The position numbers and the translations under genes are program-made. A DNA stretch of 64,000 bases from an uncultured Acidobacteriota bacterium (GTDB taxonomy: Bacteria; Acidobacteriota; Thermoanaerobaculia; UBA5066; DATFVB01): positions 608,001 through 672,000 of the forward strand of contig CAWEYG010000001.1 of NCBI GenBank assembly GCA_963813155.1. Reading direction: 5' to 3'. Of the stretch, positions 28,841-39,461 are shown in pieces. How positions within the stretch are numbered: the first letter of the stretch is position 1; every line of letters starts with the position of its first letter. Under the pieces are notes generated by a model. The model had not been told where the DNA came from. It saw nothing but the letters and a program-made list of their open reading frames with translations, and did no database searches.

Positions 28841-28914
28841 GATGAGTCCTCCTTCGTTCTGGGCCTGATTTTACACCGACTCCTCGAACTATGATTCCCC
28901 GAGGAGGAACCGAC

Positions 28915-29418
28915 ATGCCCCTCACCCAGACCGAACGCGACGAGCTCATTCACCGGTACGCGACCGGCGCCGCGAAGCTCAAGGCCGCATTTGAGAAGAT
29001 CCCCGAAAAAGCCCGCCAGTGGAGGCCCGCCCCGGGCAGGTGGTCCGCCCACGAGGTCGTTTGCCACGCGGCGGACTCGGAAACGATCGCCGCCATGCGG
29101 ATTCGCTTCCTCCTTTCGGAGAAGGACCCCGTGATCCAGGGCTACGACCAGGCTCAGTGGGCGCGGGATTTCGACTATCACCGGCTTCCGGCCGGCCCCG
29201 CCCTCGCCGCCGTCGAGGCGGTTCGGGCGAACACCGCGCCGCTGCTTCGCGTCCTCTCCGAGCGCGAATGGCAGAAGGAGGGAAGGCACTCCGAATCGGG
29301 CGGCTACGCTGCCGAGGACTGGCTGCGGATCTATGCCGAGCACCTGGAAAAACACTCCCGGCAAATCGATCGCAACCTCGAAGCCTGGGCGGCCTCGGCC
29401 GACAGCCTGAAGGTATGA
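28915..29418 (+). CDS. DinB/YfiT-family protein
   Basis: WSAHEVVCHAADSE, YDQAQW and HLEKHSRQI. Confidence 0.88.
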   Translation: MPLTQTERDELIHRYATGAAKLKAAFEKIPEKARQWRPAPGRWSAHEVVCHAADSETIAAMRIRFLLSEKDPVIQGYDQAQWARDFDYHRLPAGPALAAVEAVRANTAPLLRVLSEREWQKEGRHSESGGYAAEDWLRIYAEHLEKHSRQIDRNLEAWAASADSLKV

Positions 29419-29425
29419 TCGACAC

Positions 29426-30085
29426 GTGATCCAAGCTCTCAAGTGGTTGCTGGGGCCCTACCTTCTCGCCGTCATTTTCGCGGCATTTTTCTGGCCACAG
29501 CCGGCGAAAGGCTTCATCGGCGAATCGTCGAGGATCGTGTTCTTCCACGTTCCGATGGCCTGGGGCGCGACGATCGCGTTCGTCGTCGCGGCGATCTCCT
29601 CCATCGCGCACCTCGCCCGGAGACGCCCCGAGAGCGACGAAGCCGCGGCGTCCGCCGTCCGGCTCGGATTTCTCTATTCGATCCTCGCGACGATCACCGG
29701 ATCGATTTTCGCGGGTGTCATGTGGGGCTCGTACTGGAACTGGGACCCGCGGGAAACTTCGATCGTCATGCTGCTCTTCCTCTATGCCGCCTATCTCTTT
29801 CTTCGCGGGGCGATCTCGGACCCGGAGCGCCGGGGCGTCTTCTGCGCCGTCTACGCCCTGTTTTCCGGCTTCGTCATGCCGTTCCTCGTTTTCGTGATTC
29901 CGAGGGTCACGACCTCGCTCCACCCCCAGACGATCATCAATCCCGAGGGCAGGATCCTCATGGACACCCCCACCCGGGTGGTCTTTTTCGGGGCTCTGGC
30001 GGGGTTTACGGGGCTTTTCTTCTGGATGTGGGACGTGGACCGGCGATTGGAGAGAATGAAACGCCTTCGGGCGGCGTTAGAATGA
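29426..30085 (+). CDS. ccmC: Heme exporter / cytochrome c biogenesis protein
   Basis: FFHVPMAW, WGSYWNWDPRETS and SLHP. Confidence 0.92.
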   Translation: MIQALKWLLGPYLLAVIFAAFFWPQPAKGFIGESSRIVFFHVPMAWGATIAFVVAAISSIAHLARRRPESDEAAASAVRLGFLYSILATITGSIFAGVMWGSYWNWDPRETSIVMLLFLYAAYLFLRGAISDPERRGVFCAVYALFSGFVMPFLVFVIPRVTTSLHPQTIINPEGRILMDTPTRVVFFGALAGFTGLFFWMWDVDRRLERMKRLRAALE

Positions 30086-30112
30086 AGGCGAGAAGAATCG
30101 CATGAGGCTCCA

Positions 30113-30226
30113 ATGATGACGGCACTGGGTTTCGTCGCGGCGGCCAACGCCGTGATCTGGATCGGCCTGTGGATCTACCTGATGCGGCTCGACTCCCGGC
30201 TCTCGGCCGAAGAGAACCGTCACTAA
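30113..30226 (+). CDS. ccmD: CcmD-family small membrane protein (37 aa, not in the ORF track)
   Basis: MMTALGFVAAANAVIWIGLWIYLMRLDSRLSAEENRH, located between ccmC and ccmE. Confidence 0.75.
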   Translation: MMTALGFVAAANAVIWIGLWIYLMRLDSRLSAEENRH

Positions 30227-30274
30227 TTCCTTTGCATCACGGGGAATGACCCCGGAATACGGGATGATACGGAC

Positions 30275-30667
30275 ATGAAAAAGGGATACATCGTCGCGGC
30301 GGTCCTCGCGGGGGCCTTTCTGGTCCTCGGAGTGACTTCGTTCAAGAAGACACTCACCCCTTACGTTTCCTTCGACGTCGCCCAGAAGACGCGAGGCTCC
30401 GTCCAGGTGATGGGATCGCTCGAAAAAGGGAGCGAGAGCTACGACGCGGACAAGCAGCAGCTGTCTTTCTCGATCCTCGACGAGCACGGGCGAAACCTCC
30501 CGGTCGTCTACCGGGGCATCAAGCCCGCGAACTTCCGCGATGCGCTCTCGATCGTGGCGATCGGCCGATACGAGTCCGGCGCCCTGCACGCCGAGAAATT
30601 GCTCGTGAAGTGCCCGTCGAAGTACCAGGGCCAGGAAACTGAACGGCAGTACGGGGTCAAGTCCTAG
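30275..30667 (+). CDS. ccmE: Heme chaperone CcmE, CxxxY variant
   Basis: N-terminal TM, VVYRGIKPANF and LVKCPSKY. Confidence 0.92.
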   Translation: MKKGYIVAAVLAGAFLVLGVTSFKKTLTPYVSFDVAQKTRGSVQVMGSLEKGSESYDADKQQLSFSILDEHGRNLPVVYRGIKPANFRDALSIVAIGRYESGALHAEKLLVKCPSKYQGQETERQYGVKS

Positions 30668-30680
30668 TGGGGAACCGCTG

Positions 30681-33025
30681 ATGTTCTGGCCCGGTGTCGC
30701 CACGCTCTGGGGCGCCCTTCTTTCCGGCCTCGCCTCGATGTACGGATACTTCCGCGCGGACCGCGCGTCGGCAAGAGCGGCGGCGGGCGACACCGAATCG
30801 TGGCTCGGGTTCGCTCGGAGGGCGTACGCGCTGTTCGCCGGCTGCGTGGTCGCGACCGCCGCGATTCTCATGTCGCTCATCCTCAATCATCGTTTCGACG
30901 TTTCGTATGTCGCCTCGTATTCGTCCCGGGACCTTCCCCTGCACTTTCTCATCTCGTGCTTCTGGGCCGGCCAGGAGGGCTCATTCCTCCTGTGGATTTT
31001 CTGGGGATCGCTGATCGGACTCTTCGTCTGGCGCTCTGCGAAGGAAATGGAAGCGCCCGTGATGATGGTCTACCTTTCCACGTTCCTGGCCCTCGTCGCG
31101 ATCCTCTGCCGCCAGTCGCCGTTCCGGCTCCTCGCGACCGTTCCCCCGGACGGGGGCGGCCTGAATCCTCTCCTCCAGGACTACTGGATGGTGATTCACC
31201 CTCCGGTGATGTTCCTCGGGTTCGCCTCGCTGTCGGTCCCGTTCTCCTTCGCGATCGCGGCTCTCTGGAAAAAGCGATGGGACAGCTGGATCGTGCGGGC
31301 GATTCCGTGGGCTCTCCTGACCTTCCTGACGCTCGGGACCGCAATCCTGATGGGCGGCTACTGGGCGTACAAGACTCTCGGCTGGGGCGGCTACTGGGGC
31401 TGGGACCCGGTGGAGAACACTTCGCTCGTGCCCTGGCTCCTGACGGTCGCGCTCGTTCACGGGATGTTTCTCCAGCGTTCGCGCCGGAAACACCGGAAAG
31501 TCAACCTGTTCCTCGCGATTCTCGCCTACATCTGCATTCTCTACGGCACGTTCCTGACGCGGTCGGGGGTGCTGGCCGACTTTTCGGTTCACTCGTTCGT
31601 CGACCTCGGGATCACGAGCTGGCTCGTCGCCGACCTCGTCGGCTTTCTCCTCCTCGGAGTGGGACTCCTGGCCTGGCGCTGGAAGTCGATACCGGCCGAG
31701 CAGGAAGAGTCGCCCGTCCTGTCACGCAGCGTGCTGTTCATCATCGGCGTGGCGGCGCTCGTGGGGCTCGGCCTCGTGATTCTCCTGGGAACGTCCTCTC
31801 CCCTCATCACCCGCCTGTCCGGAAAGCCGTCGCAGGTCTCCAACGATTTCTACCGCCTCACGGCGACCCCCGGCGGGTTCCTGCTCGCGCTCCTTTTCGC
31901 GCTCGTCCCGTTCGTGTCGTGGAAAGGCGAAACGGCGTCCTCGCTGTGGAAGAGCGCGAGCCGCTCGCTCGCGATCGCCCTCGCGGTGGTGGTTTTCGCG
32001 GCCGTCGTCGGCGCCCACCGGCCGGAGGCCCTCCTCTTCGTCGCCGTGACCGCGTTCGGGTTCGACATGAACCTCCGCGCGGTGATCCGAAAAGCCAGGA
32101 ACGGGAAATTCGGAGGAGCGGGAGGATATCTCGCGCACGTCGGAGTCTCGATCATGCTCGCGGGGATCGTGCTGTCGGCGCTCTACGCGGTCTCGCAGCG
32201 CATCGCGCTCCCGAAAAACACGCCGGTCTCCGTCGCCGGTTACACGATGACCTTCACGTCCGTGATTCCTCCCACGGAAACGACGAAGCAGTCGATGGAG
32301 GTCCTCGTTCGCTCTCCGAAGGGGAAGATCTTCTACGCGTACCCGAAGATGTACATCAACACGCGCACGAACCAGTTGATGGCCAACCCGTCGATCAAGA
32401 GCAATCCGGTGATGGATCTCTACATCTCGCCGCAGGAATACGACCCCGGCGCGCCGATGAAGCTCGGAAAAGAGCTGACGCTGCGCAAGGGGCAGAGCAC
32501 GACGCTCGGAGGGTTCGCAATCCGGTTCGACGAGTTCGAGGTCGATCGCAGCAAGATGACCGAAGGCGTCAAGGAGCTGGAGATCCGCTCGCACCTGACG
32601 ATCACGCCCTCCGGCAAAGCGCCGTTTCCCGGCGACGCTCGCTTACGTCGCGCACCTGGACGGCGCCTCGCCGAACGAAGGCAAGCCGTTCAGCATCCCG
32701 GGAACGGCCGCGGGGGTGATGACGGTCCAGGGCGTTTCGGCGGCCGAGGAATCCCTCGTCCTGAATGTCACCGGACTCGGAGGCGACTTCGTCGCGGCGA
32801 CGCCGGAGACCCTCTCCGTCGACGTGACCCGCAAGCCGCTGATCTCGCTGGTGTGGGGCGGGTTCTACGTCATGATGTTCGGAGGCCTTCTGGCCTTCCT
32901 CAAACGCTCGGGACAGGCGCGCGAGGCCGTGCTCGCGGAAGACAAGATCGACGTCCGACGCCTCCACCGCCGCTCCCTCGCCGCCGCTCCAGCCCGCTCC
33001 CGTGCACGCCCGCGCCGAGACGTAA
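30681..33025 (+). CDS. ccmF: Cytochrome c heme lyase CcmF (frameshifts near 32640 and 32960)
   Basis: WAGQEGS, GLNPLLQ, WAYKTLGWGGYWGWDPVEN, TRSG...SVHSF and KPLISLVWGG. Confidence 0.92.
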
Positions 33026-33040
33026 ACCTCGCTCGGTTCG

Positions 33041-33154
33041 GGGGCGGGCCTGTCGCGGGACTCGCTCCTCTTTTCGCTCGCCGCGAGCCTGAGGACTTTG
33101 CTACACCCGCGTCGCGAGCGGCAAAAGGGAGTCTCGCCCCGCGCCACCCGCCCG
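33041..33154 (-). repeat. Family-A hairpin repeat, copy 3
   Basis: Reverse complement of 14855..14970. Confidence 0.9.
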
Positions 33155-33196
33155 CTCCCGAGCGACGCCGGCGGAGCGGCCGGGGCCAACGTGCCG

Positions 33197-33264
33197 GCGC
33201 AGGCTGGTCTCTGAGATCCCGAGGGAAAGCGAACTGCGGCCGAGGGTCGAAGAGACTTGCCGAG
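33197..33264 (+). repeat. Family-B repeat, intergenic copy next to family-A copy 3
   Basis: Shares the core GAGGGAAAGCGAACTGCGGCCGAG with 22823..22889 and 43452..43504. Confidence 0.85.
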
Positions 33265-33307
33265 GCCGGCGCTGGGGCCAGGGCCGCGAAGCGCGGCGAG
33301 CGAGTCC

Positions 33308-34487
33308 CTAGACCTCGCGGAGCGCCGACACGATCTTCAGCCGGGCCGCGCGGAACGCGGGGAAGAACCCGCCGAACAATCCCATCGCGACGGAAAAGAC
33401 GATCCCTCCGAGCATCAACGGTCCGGTGATCTCGAAGTTGAAGAGAATGTCGGAGAAGGTGCGGAAGTTGTTCGTCCCGACCGGCCCGGTCAGGATCGTG
33501 TGGACGAGGGCGACCGCGAGCACGACCCCGACGGCTCCCCCGGCGAGCGCCAGAAGGACAGATTCGATCAGGAAGGAGAAAGAGAACGGACCGGCGGGAA
33601 TACCCGAGGGCCCGCAGCGTCCCGATCTCGCGCGTGCGCGCGGTCACCTGCGCGTACATCGTGTTCATCGCGCCGAACGCGGCGCCGATCGCCATCATCA
33701 CGCCGACCAGATAAGCGAGATACTTGATCGGCGTCGCCGTCTGCATCTGCTCCGCGTAGTACTTGGTTTCCGTCTTCCCTTCGAGCTTGACGCGCTGGTC
33801 GCCCTTCACGCTCGCGATGATCCGGTCGCGGGACGCCGCGTCGGTCGTTCGAAGGACCATCGACGATGCGCCCGGGCCGCGGTGGATCTGGCCTTCGAGA
33901 TTGTGGAAATCCACCCAGATCTCGGAATCGTACGGGGTGTTCCGCCCGTCGAAGACACCGACGATGACCCATCGCTCCGAGCCCGCCTTGAGAACGTTTC
34001 CGAGGTCGCAATTCGCGAATCGCTGCGCGACGCTCGACGGAACGATCGCCTCGTCGGTCCCGGGATTGAACATCCGGCCGCGCACGAGCTTGAGCGTCGG
34101 CCGGATTTCGAACGCCACGGGCAGCTCGACGCCTCGGACCTGGACGTTCGTCTTCGTTCCGTCCCGTTTCGGCGTGTTGACGAGGACGACGAGCTCCGGC
34201 GAGGCCAGCGCGTTCCCCTTCGCGTCGCGCTCGACACCCGGAAGCGTCTTCAGCGTGTCGATCTGGTCCGGCGCGACGAAGGACTGCATCTCCGACTGTG
34301 CTCCCGTTCGCATCACGACGACGTTCCGATCGGAGACCGTCTGCGTGAGGGTCTTCGTGATGCCCTCCACGAGAGACATGATCACGATGAAGACCGTGAC
34401 GACGAACGCGATGACCATCACGGTCATGCCCGTCGATACCTTCCGGACGAACAGGTTCCGGAGGTTGTACTTGAGCGGGATCGCCAT
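33308..34487 (-). CDS. ABC transporter permease (MacB/FtsX-like; frameshift near 33570)
   Basis: [18 protein letters not shown]...REIGTLRALG and FPAFRAAR. Confidence 0.88.
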
Positions 34488-35638
34488 CAGACGACCTGCC
34501 GCAGGCCGTCGACGACCTTGATTCGCGAGGACCGGATGGCCGGAACGATCCCCGAGAGGATTCCGATGCCGACGGAGACGAGGAACGCGAAAAGGAGCGT
34601 CGACCCGGTCACGCGAAAATTGTAGGTGAACGGAGCGGCGGGGGTGTGCTTCAGGCCCTCGACCATGCCGTGGATCAGCGGCACCGAGAGAAGCACTCCG
34701 ATCGCGCCGCCGAGAAGCGACAGGATGATCGTCTCGAACAGCACGATCGACAGCACGTGCCGCCCCAGGAAGCCGAGCGCGCGCATCACCGCGATTTCGG
34801 TGACGCGCTCGCGGGCGGACATCGCGATCGTGTTCGCGACGATCAGGACGATCACGAAGAGCACCGCGATCATCACGGCGCGGATGAAGAGCTTGACGTT
34901 GCCCATCATTTCCGTGAACTGCAGCTGGAACTGCTTCTCCGACATCGCCTTCGTCGGCGCCGAGGAGTTCTCGAACAGCGCGTTGATCGTGTTGCAGATC
35001 GGCCCGACGTTCTGCGCCGTGTTCGCCTTCAGGTAGTAGATCCCCGTCTGGCCCCGCCGGCCGAGAAAAGAATTCTCGAGATACTTGTTGTCGAAGAAAA
35101 TGTTTCCCTCGTCGATCGACGTGTACACGCCGCGCAGGACGAGATCCAGGGGAATCGAAATGTAGGTTCCGCGGATCTGGATGCGGTCGCCGATCTTCCA
35201 GTGATACCGGTTCACGAGCTCCTTGCCGGCGATGAACGCGTCGCGCTCTCCCTGCCACGCCTTGATCTGCGCCGGATCGATCTTGTAGTCGTCGAAGATC
35301 TGCGGCCACGTTTCCGGATCGGTCGAGAGCTGCCCGAAGAAGTTCTCCGGCTTGTCGTCCTTGTAGACGCCGCCGAACCAGATCTCGGGAGCGACGGCCA
35401 CGACCCCCGGAATCTGCGCGATCCGCTCGCGGTAGGCGAGCGGCATGAAATTCGCGAGACCCGTGGCATGCTGGACGACGATCCGGTTTCCGCCCGCGTT
35501 CTGGTCGTACGACAGCGCCTTCAGAAGCGACGTCAGGATGACGATCAGCACGAGCACCATGACGATCGAGCCCATCGTCAGGAAAGTTCGCGTCTTCTTC
35601 CGGAAGACGTTCTTCCAGATCAGGTGAAAGAACTTCAC
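34487..35638 (-). CDS. ABC transporter permease (MacB/FtsX-like)
   Basis: [10 protein letters not shown] and [20 protein letters not shown]. Confidence 0.92.
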   Translation of the reverse strand: MKFFHLIWKNVFRKKTRTFLTMGSIVMVLVLIVILTSLLKALSYDQNAGGNRIVVQHATGLANFMPLAYRERIAQIPGVVAVAPEIWFGGVYKDDKPENFFGQLSTDPETWPQIFDDYKIDPAQIKAWQGERDAFIAGKELVNRYHWKIGDRIQIRGTYISIPLDLVLRGVYTSIDEGNIFFDNKYLENSFLGRRGQTGIYYLKANTAQNVGPICNTINALFENSSAPTKAMSEKQFQLQFTEMMGNVKLFIRAVMIAVLFVIVLIVANTIAMSARERVTEIAVMRALGFLGRHVLSIVLFETIILSLLGGAIGVLLSVPLIHGMVEGLKHTPAAPFTYNFRVTGSTLLFAFLVSVGIGILSGIVPAIRSSRIKVVDGLRQVV

Positions 35639-36347
35639 GTCCGCTCCCCCGCGACCGCCCGGCCGGCGCTGTCGACGAGCACGCCCTTCTCGAGGTGAAC
35701 GAGCCGGTGCGCATGGCTCGCGGCCTTGAGGTCGTGCGTCACCATGACGATCGTCTTGCCGAATTCCTTGTTGAGACGGCTCATGAGCGTCAGGACTTCC
35801 TCCCCGGACTTCGCGTCGAGGTCTCCCGTCGGCTCGTCGGCGACGAGGAGCTTCGGGTCGGTCACGACCGCCCGCGCGATCGCGACGCGCTGTTCCTGCC
35901 CGCCGGAGAGCTGGCGCGGATAGTGGTCCATCCGGTCCGAGAGGCCGACGATCGCAGAGCGCCGCGCGCACGTGCTCGCGGCGCTCCTTTTTCGAAAGGT
36001 GCGTCAGGAGCAGCGGCAGCTCGACGTTCTCGAAGGCCGTCAGAACCGGAATCAGGTTGTACAGCTGAAAGATGAACCCGACGGTGTTCGCCCGCCATCG
36101 GGCGAGATCCGTCTGCGACAGCTTCGCGATGTCGATCGCCGGCGACGACGACGCGGCCCCGGGTGGGAGAATCGATCCCGGCGATGAGGTTCAGCAGCGT
36201 CGTCTTTCCGGAGCCCGAAGGCCCCATCAGCGCGAGGTATTCCCCCTGCGGAACGTCGATCGACAGGTCCTGGAGGACGACGACTTCCTCCACGCCCCGT
36301 CGGTAGATCTTCGTGACGTGATCGATCGAAATCAGCGGCTCGGCCAT
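35635..36347 (-). CDS. ABC transporter ATP-binding protein (LolD/MacB-like; frameshifted)
   Basis: [26 protein letters not shown] and VTHD. Confidence 0.9.
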
Positions 36348-36348
36348 T

Positions 36349-37499
36349 TCACTCTCCCTTGAACTTTCACTCTTTCTCCGTCCCGGACCTGCGCCTTCGC
36401 CGCGTCGGCGACGAGCTTCTCGCCGCCCTGCAGCCCTTCGAGGATCTCGACCTGGCCCTGGTTTTCCTGTCCGGCCCTGACCGCCCGGAAAGCTAGCCCG
36501 TCCGTCGGCGACCAGATAGACGCCCGGCGCGCCCTCGCGCGACGCGAGGGCGGATTTCGGAACGAGCACGTGCGTCTTCGTCTGCGCTCCGGCCGTCGGC
36601 TTCTCGGTGAAGTTCACGCGCGCCGACATGTCGGGAAGGATGTTGTCGTCCTTGTCGTCGATCGCGACCTTCACCTTGACGGTCCCCTTCGACCGGTCGG
36701 CCGTCGGAATGACCTGAAGAAGCGACCCGTGGTACGCATGATCCGGATACGCATCGAGCACGATCTCGGCGGGCTGCTTCGGGCGGAGCCGGCCGAGGTT
36801 CGACTCGTTGATGTCCGCGCCCACGTAGAGCGTCGAGAAGTCCACGAGCGTCACGATCGCTCCCCCGTTGGCGGAGCCCTGGCCGGGCGAACCGTAGGGC
36901 GAGACCGCTTCGCCGACATGGGCGCGTTTCGCGATGACGCGCCCCGAAAACGGAGCGCGAATCTCCGCGTAGTCCTCCTGCGCTTCGACGTAGTGCACCT
37001 TCGCGCGGCTCGACGCTTCCGCGGCGATCGCGGCATCGACGCTCGAGGCAGGAGTGAGTCCGGCTTTCAGCAGGGCGCGCTGCCGCGCCAGATCCGCCGA
37101 CGCGTTGACCCAGGCCGCCTTCGTGTCCGCCAGCTGCGCGTCGAGGTCCACCTTGTCGAGACGGGCGAGGACCTGCCCCTTTTTCACGCGGTCACCCTCC
37201 TCGACGTACAGCGCGACGACCTTCGACGTGATCTTCGGAGAGAGGTCGGCCTTCGTGTCCGCCTCCACGTATCCGGTGGCGGAAAGCATGGTCGCGGCCT
37301 GTCCTTCGGTCACGACGGAGGAGCTCACCGTCTCGACCTGTTTGACCGACCAGACGCGCGTCGCCAGGACGTAGATTCCCGCGCCGACGGCGAGCGCCAG
37401 CACCGAGAACAAGATCATTGTTCCGAATGGTTTGCGCTCTTTCTCCGGCTCTCGATCGCGGTTGATTCGAAGCGCGGAGAGATCGTCCTTGGCTTCCAT
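36349..37499 (-). CDS. Efflux periplasmic adaptor (MacA-like; frameshift near 36490)
   Basis: N-terminal TM, ATGYV, VEEGDRVKKGQ, IRAPFSG and PTADRSKGTV. Confidence 0.9.
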
Positions 37500-37532
37500 C
37501 ACGATCATTCTACGCGAAAGGTGTGAAGGGGT

Positions 37533-37898
37533 TTAGTTGAGCCAGACATGGATCGCCACCACAACTGCGAGCACGATCATCATTCGGAAATGCCACGCCC
37601 GAATCCTTGAACGAGCCGGCGGTGTCGACCCTTTCAACGCCAACCCGAGCGCAATCTGGAGCAGCATGAGGAAGAGTGCCGCGGTCGCAAAACGCAGGCC
37701 GGTCGCGTTTACACCCCTCATCTGGCGCGTTTGCATCGGAATCCAGCCGTGGACGAACGACAACAGGGGCAACAAGCCCCCCACCCAGTAGTGCGGCCAC
37801 ATTCGATCACGACGGAAGAGATAGGGGATCGAAATCTCGAAAGCAATCAGGACGAGGGCGGTCCAACCGGCGGCCAGTGTCAGGAACACAGGTCTCAT
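37533..37898 (-). CDS. Small 4-TM protein with two His pairs (cytochrome b / ferric-reductase-TM-like)
   Basis: HYWVG...SFVH and WHFR...AIHVWLN. Confidence 0.6.
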   Translation of the reverse strand: MRPVFLTLAAGWTALVLIAFEISIPYLFRRDRMWPHYWVGGLLPLLSFVHGWIPMQTRQMRGVNATGLRFATAALFLMLLQIALGLALKGSTPPARSRIRAWHFRMMIVLAVVVAIHVWLN

Positions 37899-37909
37899 GC
37901 GCGGAGACG

Positions 37910-37941
37910 ATTCTGGAGTCCGTACCGCGGTAGAGAGTCAA
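37910..37941 (-). promoter_or_regulatory. MerR-type promoter/operator with a long spacer
   Basis: TTGACT-20 nt-CAGAAT containing the dyad TCTCTAC-CGCG-GTACGGA, similar to merO TCCGTAC-N4-GTACGGA. Confidence 0.75.
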
Positions 37942-38345
37942 GCGCGCTGTGCCGGGCAGGCGGGCGCCGGGCGGGCTCCCGGCTTCTGGAGAGCGGAAGC
38001 GAGACGGGCTTCGATGGCGCGCAGAGCGTCGATCTTCGCGCGGATGGTCTCCAATTTCGCCTGGGCGAGGCGAATGATCGACCGCACTTCCTTTCTCCGA
38101 ACGGTCCCCGCAGCCAACGGCATGGCGATCGAGGCGTGCAGCCGACGGAGCTCTCGCACTTCATTCAGAGTGAATCCCAGTCCCTGGCAGCCTTTGACGA
38201 AGAGAATGGTCTCCAGGTCGGACTCGTCGTAGATCCGATAACCCGCCGGCGACCTCGCGGGGCTGCGAAGCAGACGCCGCCGTTCGTAAAAACGGATCGT
38301 CTGGATGTTGACCCGGGCCCGGGTCGCCAGTTCGCCGATGCGCAT
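37938..38345 (-). CDS. MerR-family transcriptional regulator
   Basis: MRIGELA...TIRFYER...GYRIY...LGFTLNE. Confidence 0.92.
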   Translation of the reverse strand: MRIGELATRARVNIQTIRFYERRRLLRSPARSPAGYRIYDESDLETILFVKGCQGLGFTLNEVRELRRLHASIAMPLAAGTVRRKEVRSIIRLAQAKLETIRAKIDALRAIEARLASALQKPGARPAPACPAQRA

Positions 38346-38354
38346 GGGAGCTCC

Positions 38355-38831
38355 TTATTTCCACGCGCCGAGGAGGCGGCGCACCGCGACGATCTCGCCC
38401 AGGTGGAAGGCCGTGTGGTCGGCCGTGAGCAGGATCTCGCGAAGATACGTCTGGCCGTCTCCGTGCGGGATGCGCGCGGTCAGCTTCAACTTCGGGTTCG
38501 CGGCGAGACGGGCGATCGCGCGGCGGTCTGCGCGGTACGCGGCGACGCTCCTCCCCCACGCGCGGGCGCTCGGCGGAGCCGGCTTCTTCGGCCAGTAGTC
38601 GTCGGGCCATTTCGGGGCGCGGTACGTCGGGTCGCGGCAGAAGTCGAGGATGTCGCGCTGGGCGAGACGGATGTGCTCGAGAAGCTGCCAGAGCGAGTAC
38701 GGAAGCTTTTTAGGCCGGACCCCGAGGAGCTTCGCCGGGATGCCCCGGACGGCGGCGTCGAAATCGACGTGGGCCTCTCCCGAGCTCAGCAGCCGGACGA
38801 GCTGCTCGCGGATCGGATCGCGCTTCTTCAT
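38355..38831 (-). CDS. DinB-family protein
   Basis: SLWQLLEHIR...WPDDYWP...DHTAFHLGE. Confidence 0.85.
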   Translation of the reverse strand: MKKRDPIREQLVRLLSSGEAHVDFDAAVRGIPAKLLGVRPKKLPYSLWQLLEHIRLAQRDILDFCRDPTYRAPKWPDDYWPKKPAPPSARAWGRSVAAYRADRRAIARLAANPKLKLTARIPHGDGQTYLREILLTADHTAFHLGEIVAVRRLLGAWK

Positions 38832-38847
38832 CGATGACCTCCTCGAA

Positions 38848-39450
38848 TCATTCCTCCAGGAACTCGACGACGCCCGTCTCCAGCGAATACTCGGCTCCCA
38901 CGACGAGCAGGCCGTCGCTCTGGATCAGCTTTTCCAGTATCCGGGAACCGTGCCGCAAGTGATCGACCGACACGCCGACATTGGCGCGAACGGCCTCGCG
39001 CACGAGCGCGTCCCGGTCGTTCCGGAGATCGGTCTTCAGCAGCCCCTCGACGGACGGCCGTACCCGGTCGACGATCGAGCGGAGATTCGGCGATTGATGC
39101 TCCGCCGGCTGCTGGAGCTCCTCGAGCGTGGCGAGGATCGCCCCGCACTCCGAGTGCCCGATCACGACGACGAGCCGGGTTCCAAACCGCGACGCCGCGA
39201 ACTCGATGCTTCCGACCTGCGAAGGGGCGACGATGTTGCCGGCGACGCGGATCACGAAGAGGTCGCCGAGGCCCTGGTCGAAAACGATCTCCGCGGGAAC
39301 GCGCGAGTCGGAACATCCGAGGACGATCGCGAACGGGCTCTGCTTCTTCGCGAGCTCGGCCCGGCTGACGGCCGCCTGGCTCGTCTTTCCCTCCACGAAG
39401 CGCCGGTTGCCCTCGCGAAGACGGTCGAGCGCTTCCCGCGCAGAGATCAT
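38848..39450 (-). CDS. Beta-class carbonic anhydrase
   Basis: GCSDSRV, DLFVIRVAGN and GHSECGA. Confidence 0.95.
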   Translation of the reverse strand: MISAREALDRLREGNRRFVEGKTSQAAVSRAELAKKQSPFAIVLGCSDSRVPAEIVFDQGLGDLFVIRVAGNIVAPSQVGSIEFAASRFGTRLVVVIGHSECGAILATLEELQQPAEHQSPNLRSIVDRVRPSVEGLLKTDLRNDRDALVREAVRANVGVSVDHLRHGSRILEKLIQSDGLLVVGAEYSLETGVVEFLEE

Positions 39451-39461
39451 CGGGAGGCCTG

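Noticed and set aside
14855-33154. Family-A repeat as a CRISPR array or riboswitch
   Set aside because: The copies are dispersed with no spacers or cas genes, and their orientation is unrelated to downstream genes.
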